64,000 nucleotides of DNA, from assembly GCA_000002445.1 (NCBI GenBank), contig CP000066.1, positions 160,001-224,000 of the forward strand. Direction: 5' to 3'. The translations under genes and the position numbers were made by a program. Source of the DNA: Trypanosoma brucei. Its lineage: Eukaryota. This document shows, piece by piece, positions 19,069-30,448 of this stretch; the first letter of the stretch is position 1; every line of letters starts with the position of its first letter. Under the pieces are notes generated by a model, which had not been told where the DNA came from, ran no database searches, and saw only the letters and a list, made by a program, of their open reading frames with translations.

Positions 19069-20736
19069 GTGGATAAAACTACGTATCGTTCTCTAGTGTT
19101 CTACTACCTTATGCAAGGAGAAGCAGATAAATTAAGCAAAACAAAAGTTTCATTTTTTGATGTTTTTTTTTGGGGGGGGTGAAAAGGAGAAGAAAAACAA
19201 CAAAAAAAAAGAAGGGAAAGGAAATAAAAGAGAAAAAGATCCAATTCTTCTTTTTCTTTTTTTAGGAAAGAGACACACGGGAGCGTGTGTCGCAGGATCA
19301 ATAAATCGGTGCTTTTCGTAGTAGTGAAAAACAGAAAAAGTAAAAGAAGGAAAAAAAAAGTTTTTTTCACTCGAAAGGGTAAAGTGTAAATAACAGAAGA
19401 AAGGGAAACTGTGAATTGGTGCGGAGGAGAGGAAGGTAGTCGCAATAATAAAGAGGATGCCAAAGGGAAATCAATGGTTAACATGGAAAGAAGAAGGAAG
19501 ATCATATGAAAAAGGAAAATACAGGACAAAAACAAACAAACAAACGAACAAAGAAAAATGGTGGAAAGTAGATAACGGAAACAAAAACAACAACAACAAC
19601 ATGGAAATGAGTTAAGCAAACATAACAATAACCCAACAAACGCAAAAGTATAATTATAATGATAATTATATGTCCGCCAACCTTTTGCCTCCTTATCATT
19701 CTTCCTAGAGGCACAGATACGCACACACGCATGCAAATATACATATAAATATTAACTGCCCTCTTTTTCTTACTATTTACCCTCATTTTATCTTTTTGCA
19801 AGCGGAACGATCCGGCAACGGCATATAATTTATTTGGTAGCCGATATTTCTTCCTTTTAACAAAATTCTATTTTGTTTTGTTAGCTTATTATTATTATTA
19901 TTTTCCTTTTCAAGTTTTCCTGCTGCATCTCCTCCCCTCCTCCTCCACCTCTCCATCCTCTGACGTGACTACTTCTGCCCTCCACACCAATTCGTTCTGC
20001 TAATGTTAGGTGATGATTGATTGTTTTTTGTTTTTTTTAAATCTTCTTCTTCCTCCTCCTCCTCCCTCCATCTTTTTCTTTTTTTAAAAAAAAAGTTAAG
20101 TGAAATAAAGAAATGCGCCCGCCTTTACGTGGTGAAATTAATTGAAGGTGGGCAACGCGTCTCCTCTTTCTCATACCAGCTTATAACTCATCATTACCGC
20201 TTGTTTACTTGTTTGCCCCTGACTCTCTCTCTCTCCCTTTCTCTCTCTTTTTTTTTTCCTTTCCCCTCCCCCACCCTTTGGTATTTTGCATGACTTTTTT
20301 TTTTAAAAAAACTTTCTTTGCTTGCTTGTCACATATTTTACTTCACTTTTCTTTTTCTTTTTTTTAATTTGGTGGTGTCTTTTGCGTTTTGCTTTTTTTT
20401 TTTCTTTCTTTCCTCTCTTTTATTTGTAAACCCCTCCCCCTGCTCTCCCCTCTCCTCTCCTCTTTGTTTTCATTTCCCTCCTTTCAATTTATATCTTCTT
20501 CACGTCTCGTCTCTCGAGTGACGGAAGCTTTCATTAAGGCGAAATGTTAAATTTACCTTCACGACACATGCATCAGACGCCCCCCTCCCCTCCCCTCCCC
20601 CACACTTCATTTCATTTTCTTTGCTCTCTCATTTCATTTCATTTTAATTATATTTCCTCTCAGTTCCCTCACACCTGTAGATGCGACTGCGTGCATAGGT
20701 ACATTTATGCATACAAATAAATAAAAATATAAATAT

Positions 20737-20768
20737 ATCATATCATATCATATCATATCATATCATAT
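20737..20768. repeat. (TCATA)6 pentanucleotide repeat
   Basis: atatcatatcatatcatatcatatcatatcatat read directly. Confidence 0.9.
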
Positions 20769-20969
20769 ATACACGACATTTAAATACGAGGATATGAAAA
20801 TTCACCTTTCTCTCCTCCCCACACCCTCCATTCTCCTCTCCTTCTCCCTTCCGGTATGTATTGGGGAGGGGAGAGGAGAGAAAGGTGATATATTTTCCCC
20901 GTCACTAAAAATAAAATAAAATGAAATAAGAAAGCTGCACAAAGCGAATTTACTTTCTTATTCCTACAT

Positions 20970-21710
20970 TCAATGTAACCCAGTTTGTAGAATGGCACAT
21001 GTGAGTTGACGGGCCACATCCTCCGGTGAGGTTTTCAATGGAAGCGCTAATGTCGGTGGCAAGTTATACTCTAAAAACGGTTCCGGTGGCCTGTACTTTG
21101 GTGGTGAGGCTTTCGCAGTTGTCGTGGGAATTTGGTACGGCACACCCACCATAAGATGAGCTTGTGTTTTGCCCTTCGAACTAATTATTTGCCTATTACC
21201 TCCTGGTGTGAGGCCTACCAGTAGCGAAGATGTTGTGGTTGCCGCCCCACCATTCACCTGCACTGTTCCTGTTGTATTGTTGCTCGCTGCTAGAGGTATT
21301 GTTTTCTGGGCATTATGTACGTTGGGATTGAGGATGTAGCCGTAGCCATTTACATCTAAGTGGCGTTCGTCGGGTAACTCATGGAGATATTGGCACTGCG
21401 CCCCGCGGAGACACCCACCATTAACATAATATTTGCATAGTTCTTGCGACCGCTCATGCGTAGAAGCGGTGGTTGGCATTGGTACGGTAGTTGCACCGCC
21501 CATACCATTTGTGCTGCCTGAAAGCAACACTGAAGGTGATCCAGAAGCCAAATAAGGGTAGCTATTAGTACCTGCAGTTGCAGTTGCAGGTGAAGCGCCT
21601 CCAGTAAGTGTGGCAGCACCGCGCCCATTAGGATTTGTGCTACCTGTTTGTGTTCCCCCGCCGGGAGTAAGTACATTGGGACTCCACAAGGCGGTATCCC
21701 GTTGCATCAT
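20970..21710 (-). CDS. CCCH-type zinc-finger protein, low-complexity G/T/A/S-rich
   Basis: Single C-x8-C-x5-C-x3-H finger CKYYVNGGCLRGAQCQYLH. Remainder G/S/T/A/P-rich. Tandem ATG start verified. Confidence 0.7.
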   Translation of the reverse strand: MMQRDTALWSPNVLTPGGGTQTGSTNPNGRGAATLTGGASPATATAGTNSYPYLASGSPSVLLSGSTNGMGGATTVPMPTTASTHERSQELCKYYVNGGCLRGAQCQYLHELPDERHLDVNGYGYILNPNVHNAQKTIPLAASNNTTGTVQVNGGAATTTSSLLVGLTPGGNRQIISSKGKTQAHLMVGVPYQIPTTTAKASPPKYRPPEPFLEYNLPPTLALPLKTSPEDVARQLTCAILQTGLH

Positions 21711-22418
21711 TGCGTACTAGTCCCGCAGTATACTTTTTATGTTCCCACTTCTTACTTATATCCCTTCCTCCAACAACACCAACAAAAAAAAATATCTCGT
21801 CTCCTCCTCCCCCTCTTTTTCCACACTCCTTTTATTCCCTTCCCTTCCCTTTTGGTCTTGTTTTTTTTTTATTTCCTCTTCTTCCTCCTCTGCACTCTGA
21901 CTGCGTTCGCACTCCCCCGTCCCTTCCACTGCAAACTCCAGCCGAGTGCAATTCCGTCAATTCAATCCAACCTATTTTTAATTCCTCCTCTTCACTTTAC
22001 TTCCCCTCTTTACACGCCTATCAAAGGCACACGTCACCTTCGACCTAATTCGGCTCACTTTTTTTTGTTTTCAGAATTAAAAAAGGAAAAAGAAAGGAAG
22101 GAACCAAAGGCGAATACCAGATTTTAAAATAACGCAACTCAAATAAGGCGCGGTGTGCGAACCTGGACAGTCTGTGGGAGAAATAAAAGAAGGGAGGGGG
22201 GAAATAACCCGGAAACGGTGTCGGGTGTCCAAAGCATCAATTGAGGCGATATCCAAATGGCCAACAACAACAGCAGCACATACACACGACCCGTTAGAGA
22301 CAGATAGACAAATTATAAGAAAAGAAAAAAAACAAAGAAGGGGATCACGAAACGATAACTGAACATATGTGTAACAGAACCCACAAGAAGCAGGGAGATA
22401 ATGAAAGTAAGCGGCATC

Positions 22419-23423
22419 TCATACGCCACGCTGCTTGTTCTGCACGCGACGCACATTGACAGAGCGGAGGTACGCCACCATTGGTATCAGTACTACAACG
22501 AAAAGAAACATCACAGCGCCGATCCCCCGACTCTTGCATCTAACGCAAGTGCACTCAAAACCCCACCGCTTTTTCATAGCTAACGCCAACCGCGAGAGTG
22601 GCATTGTATTACCCGGCATATAGTCGATAAAAAGTTCCTCACCTTCACGTACTGGTCTAATTGTACGGGCGCTCAAGTAAAAGTTAGACTTTAGGTTATT
22701 ATACGTGATGGTGACCTCCACATTGGGTTGACACTGATGATTGAAATACTGTGCCTCTGGGAACAGACAAATGCCACGACGCCCTCTGTACTCCACATCG
22801 TACCTATTGAACTCAACTATCAGAGGTAACTTCTGTAAATCATAAGAGGAGAATTCACCACTGAGAAGGTAACTCGCTCCATTTTTCAACACGCCCTCAG
22901 GCCCAGGCACACGAACCTCTTCAGCGAATTCAAACACATCCCTCTCACGTGTAAAATATGAATAACCCCCCGACATGAGTGTTGCTACTCGGTGCTTAAT
23001 GTAATGCTGCTCCTCCGGCGTCCCCAGCACAAGCTTGGAAAAAATCTGTTTAGTAACGACAAGTACTTGATCTCGAAGGGACTGATTGCTGCTGTCGGAA
23101 ATGTACATGACAAATGCGGGGATATTCATAATTTCGCGACCATACCCAATTTCACGGCGAGCAAATACGCCTCGTGCATAGGCACCACCAATGTTGGGAT
23201 TGATGTCAATTTTAACATCCTTCGTCACAAAACCGTCATTGGGGGAGTCAATTGTTCCTTGAATGGGCGAGACCCGCGCAAAGAAACGCGCCGCCGTGGA
23301 AAGAGGCGATGTGACTAATGGAACCTTCGGAGAGAATGTTACATGTACGCAGCGAAGCGCAGCCGAGCATTGCCCGCCCACAGCAGGGGAAAAGAGGAAC
23401 TGTTGTTGACCCCGCAGCCGCAT
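22419..23423 (-). CDS. SET-domain protein (putative lysine methyltransferase) with a C-terminal transmembrane anchor
   Basis: SET core motifs FNHQCQPNVEV (NHxCxPN), GEELFIDY (ELxxDY) and a Cys-rich post-SET-like CTCVRC. Followed by the hydrophobic AVMFLFVVVLIPMVAYL near the C-terminus. ATG verified. Confidence 0.75.
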   Translation of the reverse strand: MRLRGQQQFLFSPAVGGQCSAALRCVHVTFSPKVPLVTSPLSTAARFFARVSPIQGTIDSPNDGFVTKDVKIDINPNIGGAYARGVFARREIGYGREIMNIPAFVMYISDSSNQSLRDQVLVVTKQIFSKLVLGTPEEQHYIKHRVATLMSGGYSYFTRERDVFEFAEEVRVPGPEGVLKNGASYLLSGEFSSYDLQKLPLIVEFNRYDVEYRGRRGICLFPEAQYFNHQCQPNVEVTITYNNLKSNFYLSARTIRPVREGEELFIDYMPGNTMPLSRLALAMKKRWGFECTCVRCKSRGIGAVMFLFVVVLIPMVAYLRSVNVRRVQNKQRGV

Positions 23424-23810
23424 GCTTTATGAAAAACAGCCAGTTCTTACTAGTTTATACACGCCCAAATACACGCACGCACATACGCAAAGAGAGATAT
23501 ATAGAGGAAGAAAATAAGTGGAGACCATAATTGCAATAGAGGAAAAAGGTAATGCCACGAAGCAGTAATAAAAACAGAGCAGTTTTGATGCATGACCAAC
23601 AGTCAGCTATATCATCTTAGTGTCTGACTGGATGAACAGAGCCAGTCACACCGGTTAAGTAGTTGAGTGGTCGAAGTTTAGTACTTTTAATCAGCAATTC
23701 ACAGGCATTGAAATTTTATCGTCGAAGGGTCGCGCCCCCGTAAGCCCCCCCCCCAAAAGAAAAGGTTGGAGCATCTCTTCCCTCTTTTCCCCTATGGGTT
23801 GTGTACGAAC

Positions 23811-25463
23811 TTAAGAGGCTCGGAGAATGACAGCAGTATTGTGCTCCAGTATGCACATTGTAAGGGGTCTATCCTTCGGCCTAAGAAGAAAACTGCATTC
23901 TCTGGAATTTCCGCTCCGTTTGTCATTGCTGCCACCATCTGCACCACTCGTAGCCCTCCTTGTTACCTTGGATGGAAAGAGTCTACTGAGCTGCCGCTGG
24001 TACAGTATTTCCACAGTAGTACCATCTAGTATAAGCAGTGCGCCGCTCTCCAGAAGCACGCATAGTGTGTGAGGAAGAAGACAATCAAATATGGCAATGT
24101 CACCAATAGGAATGTCCTCACTGCAGTGTGTTTGAGGCCCGGGTTCCAGCGTTAACGTTGGAGAGTCCATTTCACCTTGGGATGGAGATTCAACCTTCTG
24201 TGTCTTCAGTGGTGGTTCCTCAGAACTCGTTGGTTCGTTCTTATGCAGCGATGAGTGCACGGCGAATTGCACAATAATGTTCTCATCCACAACCACGGCA
24301 AGAAGACCTGTTGGGCGTGAACAGTTTGACGTCCCCGATGTGACAGTTGCAGAAACGGCGGAAGGAGTCGAAGTGGAAGTTCGCGACGCGGGAGCTCCCT
24401 GGAAAGAAGGAGGAGATGCAACCGCTTTCACCACTCGTCCTGGACGCAGGTCTTCAGCACTACTAAACATAACCGATTGAGCAATAGTTGACAGCGCTAC
24501 ATCCATTAAACACACAGTACCGTCCGACCACACGACAAGAATAACACTTTCTTCATCATCCCACCAAGTTACACATAATAACTCCGTTGTTGTATCGCCA
24601 TTTGGGGGTAGTACTTTGGTCCATTGCTTCTCAACAGCATAAACACCGTTTGCGTCGTTCTCTTGACGCTTCAGCACGCACAGGAACGTGGTGTATATCA
24701 ACCCCGCTCTCGAGCCAGCTGTGTTGCTGAACGCTGTCGGGTTGCGAGTGGGGGGACCTGTTGAAGTTGCTAACACGATGATGCGTGAACCCTGTTGGCT
24801 GAACCTTATGCTGAAGGTTTTCCACGAGCCTCTGTCAGACAGGTCCGTATCTGCGGGAAGTTTGATGGCCCGGCATACATTAGAAGCCTTCAAACTGTGG
24901 GAACGTGCACGACTTATTGTGACAGCGTCTATGGTAAATGTACACACAAAGCCATCCACCACAGTACACAGTAACGAAATCACCTCACTGTCTGCCACAG
25001 TTGGTTGCCCCGCCACCTGTTTTGTTGCCGTAACCTCCCTCTTTGGTTTTTGTTGCAGAGGAAAACAGTCGATAGCAACCAACCTGTCCCGCTGCGTGTC
25101 ATGCTGCGGTGTAGTTTCCTTCCGGCCTGCCCTCTCCTTCTCGCGGCGATGCAAAGAGTCATCTTCGAATAAGTATGTTTTTGCGAAATTCGATGTATTG
25201 ATAACACAAACAACACCATCTTCTAGCGCGCAAAAAAGATACGGTGCCAGTGCGGTGGTGACGGAAGGCGTTGTATCGCACGGGCACTGGCCCCGTGACC
25301 AACAGCAATCTACAACCGCAATGCTTGAAGAGACAGACGACGAAGTCACACGGCGCTGGACGTCCTCACGCAGGTTACGTTGAAGAGCGTTTTTTGTTAG
25401 GCGCTGCCGGTGTGCATGAGCTTCTGTGGTCCACTCCCGCCTCCATTCGCTTAAAACTGACAT
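23811..25463 (-). CDS. Hypothetical protein (550 aa), possibly beta-propeller-like
   Basis: ATG verified. Long ORF with ordinary composition. Recurrent strand-like hydrophobic/Trp-Asp-containing segments (VVWSDGTVCLMDV, WTKVLPPNGDTT) but no confident WD40 call. Confidence 0.55.
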   Translation of the reverse strand: MSVLSEWRREWTTEAHAHRQRLTKNALQRNLREDVQRRVTSSSVSSSIAVVDCCWSRGQCPCDTTPSVTTALAPYLFCALEDGVVCVINTSNFAKTYLFEDDSLHRREKERAGRKETTPQHDTQRDRLVAIDCFPLQQKPKREVTATKQVAGQPTVADSEVISLLCTVVDGFVCTFTIDAVTISRARSHSLKASNVCRAIKLPADTDLSDRGSWKTFSIRFSQQGSRIIVLATSTGPPTRNPTAFSNTAGSRAGLIYTTFLCVLKRQENDANGVYAVEKQWTKVLPPNGDTTTELLCVTWWDDEESVILVVWSDGTVCLMDVALSTIAQSVMFSSAEDLRPGRVVKAVASPPSFQGAPASRTSTSTPSAVSATVTSGTSNCSRPTGLLAVVVDENIIVQFAVHSSLHKNEPTSSEEPPLKTQKVESPSQGEMDSPTLTLEPGPQTHCSEDIPIGDIAIFDCLLPHTLCVLLESGALLILDGTTVEILYQRQLSRLFPSKVTRRATSGADGGSNDKRSGNSRECSFLLRPKDRPLTMCILEHNTAVILRAS

Positions 25464-25885
25464 GACGTGTTCCGACAGAAAAATACCCTCCTAAAGAAAG
25501 ATAACCACGTGGCAAGAAAGTGAAGTTGAAAAAGCCGTGACAACCTCGTTACATGGGATGTGTGTGTGGGGGGGGGGGAGGAAGGAGAGAAAAGGGATAC
25601 CGACTGTCCGGTCCAAGGGAAGACTTTGCGAGGTGCAACACAAAATTTGAGTAGCACAAGACATACCCAAAAGATAGGGAGGCGACGAAATGGGCAAACG
25701 ATCGCAGCACCACTGAAGTTACCCCAACTCTGAGTTGCAGGGCACTTTTCCACACAACAAACTTTTGTAAAGCCCCTCCCCCCCCAGAAATTTCGTACAT
25801 TTCAAGCATCGGAGAGGCATAAACACACAACCAACATATAATTTCTCTCAGACACACCAACGCACACCACAGCGGACCGTTCCTA

Positions 25886-26431
25886 CTAATCCTCCTCCTC
25901 CTCCGTTGCATCGGGAATAGGCTCCCATCCAGACGGTGGGTTCTTTGCTCCAGAGGAACACAACACCTTAAAACGGTTGCCCGATAGCTTTCTGTCGTTA
26001 CGCTGAGCCTTGTTGATATCCTTATGCATCCTGTAGGTAGACGGTAGTGATGTCCCATGCACAGTCATATCGTAGAGATATTTTCCATACATAGCATTGT
26101 CCTCGTTGGGAATGTCACGACGGGCAAACAGTTCATAGTGAGTGTTATTAGGAAGCCGCTTTTTCATGATATAATCCGGAAGGTTCTGCCCATATCCCGG
26201 CCGCATGTCCCTCATCGGGTACCCTGTGAAGGTTTTAAACTCTGGCGACATGGAGCGTTCATCCTCTAACTGCCACGCGCCGGGTGCCTTCTCCTCAATA
26301 TATTCCTGAAAGATACGGGCGCGTGCGAGCCGCAGATCCCATCGTTGCGCACATGGGACAGGAAGCGTACTCGGGTGAGTATAGCCAACACGGTGCACGC
26401 CAAGTAGCGGGAACCACCTGCGCAACACCAT
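25886..26431 (-). CDS. Hypothetical small protein (181 aa) with mitochondrial-presequence-like N-terminus and an acidic C-terminus
   Basis: ATG verified (MVLRRWFPLLGVHRVGY...). Globular-looking composition. Ends EEEED. The overlapping 25549..26058 ORF looks spurious. Confidence 0.5.
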   Translation of the reverse strand: MVLRRWFPLLGVHRVGYTHPSTLPVPCAQRWDLRLARARIFQEYIEEKAPGAWQLEDERSMSPEFKTFTGYPMRDMRPGYGQNLPDYIMKKRLPNNTHYELFARRDIPNEDNAMYGKYLYDMTVHGTSLPSTYRMHKDINKAQRNDRKLSGNRFKVLCSSGAKNPPSGWEPIPDATEEEED

Positions 26432-27244
26432 CTATATCTACTCTGCTAGCCTCCGCTGACTGCAACGGAGGTGCAGGTACGCTTACTGCTCCACGTGCAG
26501 CACCAATACGACAAAAAAGAAAAGAAATGCATGTGAAAAGAGGGGAAAACGACGGCGGCATCCACCGCGACAAACGGAAAGAAGGGAGAATGGCAAGTTC
26601 CTTGTACAGGTGCGGGATTGCAGGGTTCAACTCAAATCTACATCTTTCTACTCGGTCATGAAACAGCAGTTTACACACTCACACCGCAAGGATGGGGGCC
26701 AAGAGACCGAACGTTTGTCGCTGTATCAGATTTGATAAACTTAACAAATGGCTAGTAATCTCACGACAATCCGTGACATATCCCGTGCCCTTAGTTGTCG
26801 AACCTCTAAGAAACCCCCGTCAATTCAGGCGGGGTCTCCAGTAAGACCCAACAAGTTTGAAACCAGGGAAAACTTCATCTCACCACTACCACTGAACTTG
26901 TGTAAAAACATATATCTTCCTGAAAGTAAACAAAATGAAGCGAAAGCTGTTTCAGGAACACAATTGACGACTGTGGTACTACAATAGTGTCAAATGAGAT
27001 TAAAGTAGAAACAGACCAACGTTGCTCTCACGTATGTCAACTGCATGACGTGCAGGTAACAAAAAATAGTAAGAAAAATATACCTCCCTTAACACAAACA
27101 TAAACACACAAAACGCGAATGGGCGGAAAGAAGAAAAACGAGCAATGTCCTGACTAAATTCCGTGCAAGAGCATGGAGTCATTCACAACCCTCTGCACGC
27201 GATTTCCTTTACCATTTCACAGTTGCATTTCTCACCTTTCCACA

Positions 27245-27958
27245 CTATGATGCGGGGGTTGGATGCGGTACCATTTCCTTCGGCACATGCACGAAGGTGC
27301 GATCGGACTTGTCGCACACCCATGCCACCTCCACCTCATAAATTTTATCTTTCGACTTGTCATGCACCTCATGGAGGATGTTGGTTAGCTTTTCCACCGC
27401 CTCACTGCATGTCAGAGTCGCAAAGTCCAGCTTCTCCAACTCGGTTTTGGCCACCGTTTTGCCCTTCCCCAACGCTATTCCATAGTACCCCGCAACTGCC
27501 CCGCTCGGGTCGGCGACATAAAGCTGCGGGCCATCGTCAGCATAAGAGGCAATGATGACCGAACAGCCGAAGGGGCGATAGGCGTAGTGAGTCGTGTAAA
27601 CATGCATAAACTCGCCGATTCGAGACGCAAGCAAGGAGCCTAGTATCGGTGTGGAAAAAATATCTCGACTGTTCTCTGCTTCACCACGAGCGCGTGAAAC
27701 AACAGCAAGACCATCGGGGAGCACTCCACAAACACAAATTCCGGCCTGCCGATCTACCGCATGAATACGGTTATTGGACCCTTCCTCCAGCATGCGGCTT
27801 GTGAGGATTTTCTCCACAGCAACGACAACACCGTCCTTGCAACAGGCAGCAACGGCGGTGCTGCCATTGTCGACAGCCTTGCAGGCGTACTCTACCTGAA
27901 ACACACGCCCGTCAGCAGAAAATATATCTGTTGACTGGTCATGACCAGAGCCAGACAT
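27245..27958 (-). CDS. 20S proteasome alpha subunit, alpha-1 (PSMA6/SCL1-like)
   Basis: N-terminal alpha-subunit signature TDIFSADGRVFQVEYA. The block RPFGCSVIIASYADDGPQLYVADPSGAVAGYYGIALG aligns with the human PSMA6 block [38 protein letters not shown]. ATG verified. Confidence 0.9.
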   Translation of the reverse strand: MSGSGHDQSTDIFSADGRVFQVEYACKAVDNGSTAVAACCKDGVVVAVEKILTSRMLEEGSNNRIHAVDRQAGICVCGVLPDGLAVVSRARGEAENSRDIFSTPILGSLLASRIGEFMHVYTTHYAYRPFGCSVIIASYADDGPQLYVADPSGAVAGYYGIALGKGKTVAKTELEKLDFATLTCSEAVEKLTNILHEVHDKSKDKIYEVEVAWVCDKSDRTFVHVPKEMVPHPTPAS

Positions 27959-28228
27959 TGTCCTCCCTTATATCTCCTCTTGCCTTGATTTACTTTCTCC
28001 TTTTCTTGTGGATGACCTCGATACCTATATCGTCCTTTCCTTCAGTATTTTTCTTCTAAGCAACGAAAGTTAGGCGTTTCGAAATTACATACGAAAGGAA
28101 GGGGATACAGGCAATGAAGTAGGGACGCTACACAGCTTTGCGTGGGAAAAGAAAAGTAGATATCAGTCGCCCTCAGCCTCCTTGGCACACGTACAGGCTA
28201 CAAACCATCACATTATACTGTCGAGCCG

Positions 28229-29299
28229 CTAGCGCTTCCATAACCGCAGAGCGCACACGCTCGCCGCAACTAATGCTACAGGAATCACGGTAATCATGAG
28301 TGACTTACGCAACATCCCACCATCATCACTGACCTCCTTCCTCGACGCTTTCCCCGGCCGGCACTTCTCTAGGTTCAAACGCAGTGTGTGTTCCCCCAGC
28401 TCCTCAGGGTTCTTCCACGACGCACCAGCTTTTGGAGGCGCCGGTAACTTGTTTAAACCTCCCCCTACGGCAAACACGTCCACAATTCGCTCATGGAGGT
28501 TGGCATTGGTATCAGGAGCCCCAGATGTCATCGGGGTGTGCGAAAACATGCACATATCACCATCAGGACACGTCCCCAAAACATGTGGAACACAGTAGAT
28601 AATCTTCTTGTGTTTAGCCCTAATTATGCTTCGAATTCTATGTCTAATACGCGCAACTTCAGCGGTCCCCCCTGGATCAACCACGCCTCCGTTGGCTTCA
28701 AAGTTACTCTGATTGAACTGACATGCTACATCAATCTCGTCTAATACCTCTTCAGCAACAAGTGTATCGTCCAAAATGATCGTCCGCACGTACGGGTTTA
28801 CATGTGCAAGTGCTGCAAGTGAGTGACCGGCTTCACTCTCTAAGGGAGTGTTGGAAAGGTCAATGAAACTAACCCGGGACTTGGTCAGCGCTTCGCAAAG
28901 CATAGAAACGGCATCATCACTCACATTCACAGCATTTATCGTTATTGCCTCCAATGACATATTGTATTGCACAACAACAGAGATTAGGTACATCTCAACA
29001 TCACCAAAGCTAGAGCCAAACTCACCAAACACCATGACCGCACGGGTATTGTTATTTAAAATTTCCGACGCAAGAATGTGCAAGTCATCCACACCAGCCC
29101 TGATGTACCCGCTGTTATGCCGCGCAAAATAAGAAAGAACACGCTCCAGCTCCCCCAACGTGGGTGTACTGTCAACTGCTCCGCCTACGCAGCGATCGAT
29201 TAGCAGGCGAATGTCTGATATGTCAACTGGCTTGGGGCCAAGCACTTCCGACACCGTCCGCTGAGCGCCAAGCACCCGGGGCTGCCGCCGCTCGGCCAT
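28229..29299 (-). CDS. Leucine-rich-repeat (RNI-like) protein with a CCCH zinc finger and a C-terminal transmembrane helix
   Basis: Repeated L-rich units with Asn/Cys positions (LxxLxLxxN/T-like: AITINAVNVSDDAVSMLCEAL...VSFIDLSNTPL). C-x7-C-x5-C-x3-H finger CVPHVLGTCPDGDMCMFSH. C-terminal MITVIPVALVAASVCALRLW. ATG verified. Confidence 0.7.
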   Translation of the reverse strand: MAERRQPRVLGAQRTVSEVLGPKPVDISDIRLLIDRCVGGAVDSTPTLGELERVLSYFARHNSGYIRAGVDDLHILASEILNNNTRAVMVFGEFGSSFGDVEMYLISVVVQYNMSLEAITINAVNVSDDAVSMLCEALTKSRVSFIDLSNTPLESEAGHSLAALAHVNPYVRTIILDDTLVAEEVLDEIDVACQFNQSNFEANGGVVDPGGTAEVARIRHRIRSIIRAKHKKIIYCVPHVLGTCPDGDMCMFSHTPMTSGAPDTNANLHERIVDVFAVGGGLNKLPAPPKAGASWKNPEELGEHTLRLNLEKCRPGKASRKEVSDDGGMLRKSLMITVIPVALVAASVCALRLWKR

Positions 29300-29805
29300 C
29301 CTGGCAGCAAATACACAAATCCCCTAATCCTTCCAGTTACTTACCGGAAGGGATATCAGAAGGTGCGAAATGGAAACAAAAATGTAAAGGAAAGTGAGGC
29401 ATGGAAAGACAAGGACGTTTAAACGAGGATCCAACGGGTGCAGCTTTCTCCTCACACCATACGCGGTTAGCGCCTCCTCCCCTTCCCCGTACAAAATCGA
29501 AAGAGATATGGGAAGACAACCAAACCGGTACGACCAAATGCCCAAAACATACGGACTCACAAGCACCCACTCAACAAAGATGTGCAACGGCCAACGCGCA
29601 AAGAACACCAAACAAACAGGAAAGAGAAGAATGATCATATCTCAAATGCACTCTCAGAAGAACAACACAGTCATTCTACTTGAGAGAAATTTGCAGTTTG
29701 GCGAATTGTGACGGCAAACGCCCGTAGAAACTGAAGTGGCACAAGTAACCTGCCTCGTGATCCGCCAAAACCGGAACGCATTTTGGGGTAATAAGTTACA
29801 CTTCA

Positions 29806-29829
29806 TCCACACACACACACACACACACC
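29806..29829. repeat. (CA)12 dinucleotide repeat abutting repeat copy 2
   Basis: cacacacacacacacacacacacc read directly. Confidence 0.9.
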
Positions 29830-29847
29830 AAAACAGTTTGTCCACCA

Positions 29848-30122
29848 TACAGTCTCCACTCCACTCATCACCACAAGAGGAGGGAAAAAATGGAGAAGAA
29901 AACACGCACTCGCATGCCGAATGACTCACAACATACACACACACTTTGCAACCCAATGTCTACTAGCCTTAATAAGCACATTCACATCAGAAATATATCG
30001 GCACATCAGGAGGCAACAAATGTTTTGGATGGTGTAAAAGGAATATTTCCGCATGTTTGTCTAGCGGGATCATCCACTTGTCAGCTCAGTCATATTATAA
30101 GTTTATTATTGCGTGTAACTTC
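29848..30122 (-). repeat. Dispersed intergenic repeat, copy 2 (truncated at both ends, about 275 bp), preceded by a (CA)n tract
   Basis: atacagtctccactccactcatcaccacaa...gcgtgtaacttc aligns to the internal part of copies 1 and 3 with few mismatches. Lies between the LRR-CCCH gene and the VIT gene. Confidence 0.9.
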
Positions 30123-30448
30123 CCGTCCACGTGGTGCCGCTTTGGTGGAGCAAGAAATTTTGTAAAAGGTATGTGTGGTCGAAGGGCGTATAAATTTTAA
30201 AAGAACAAAGGGAATACGCGGTACAGGGAAGAGGTCCATCCATCAACCCCCTCATCCCCTTTGCGGTGCCGCGCTTGGAAGAATCTCGCTTCTAGCGTTG
30301 GATAACGCTTTAAAGTTCTGTCGATGAGTAAAAGAACAATTACGTACTATGAGCAGGCTATATCGCTCCGGGAGCAAACATGCTGCTATACATCCCTGGA
30401 GAACGACCTTTCCGCTGGGGAAACTCCCGCCGTCCAAGTTTTCTACGT

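Noticed and set aside
19104-19736. 210-aa minus-strand ORF between the 18.1-kb gene and the CCCH gene
   Set aside because: Low-complexity translation of a T/C-rich spacer (FLLLLFLFF..., CCCCCFCF). No ordinary-composition core.
25549-26058. 169-aa minus-strand ORF overlapping the 3' end of the 25886-26431 gene
   Set aside because: Runs through a G-run/low-complexity spacer (GGGGALQ..., LLPPPPPHTHPM). Overlaps a better neighbouring ORF in another frame.
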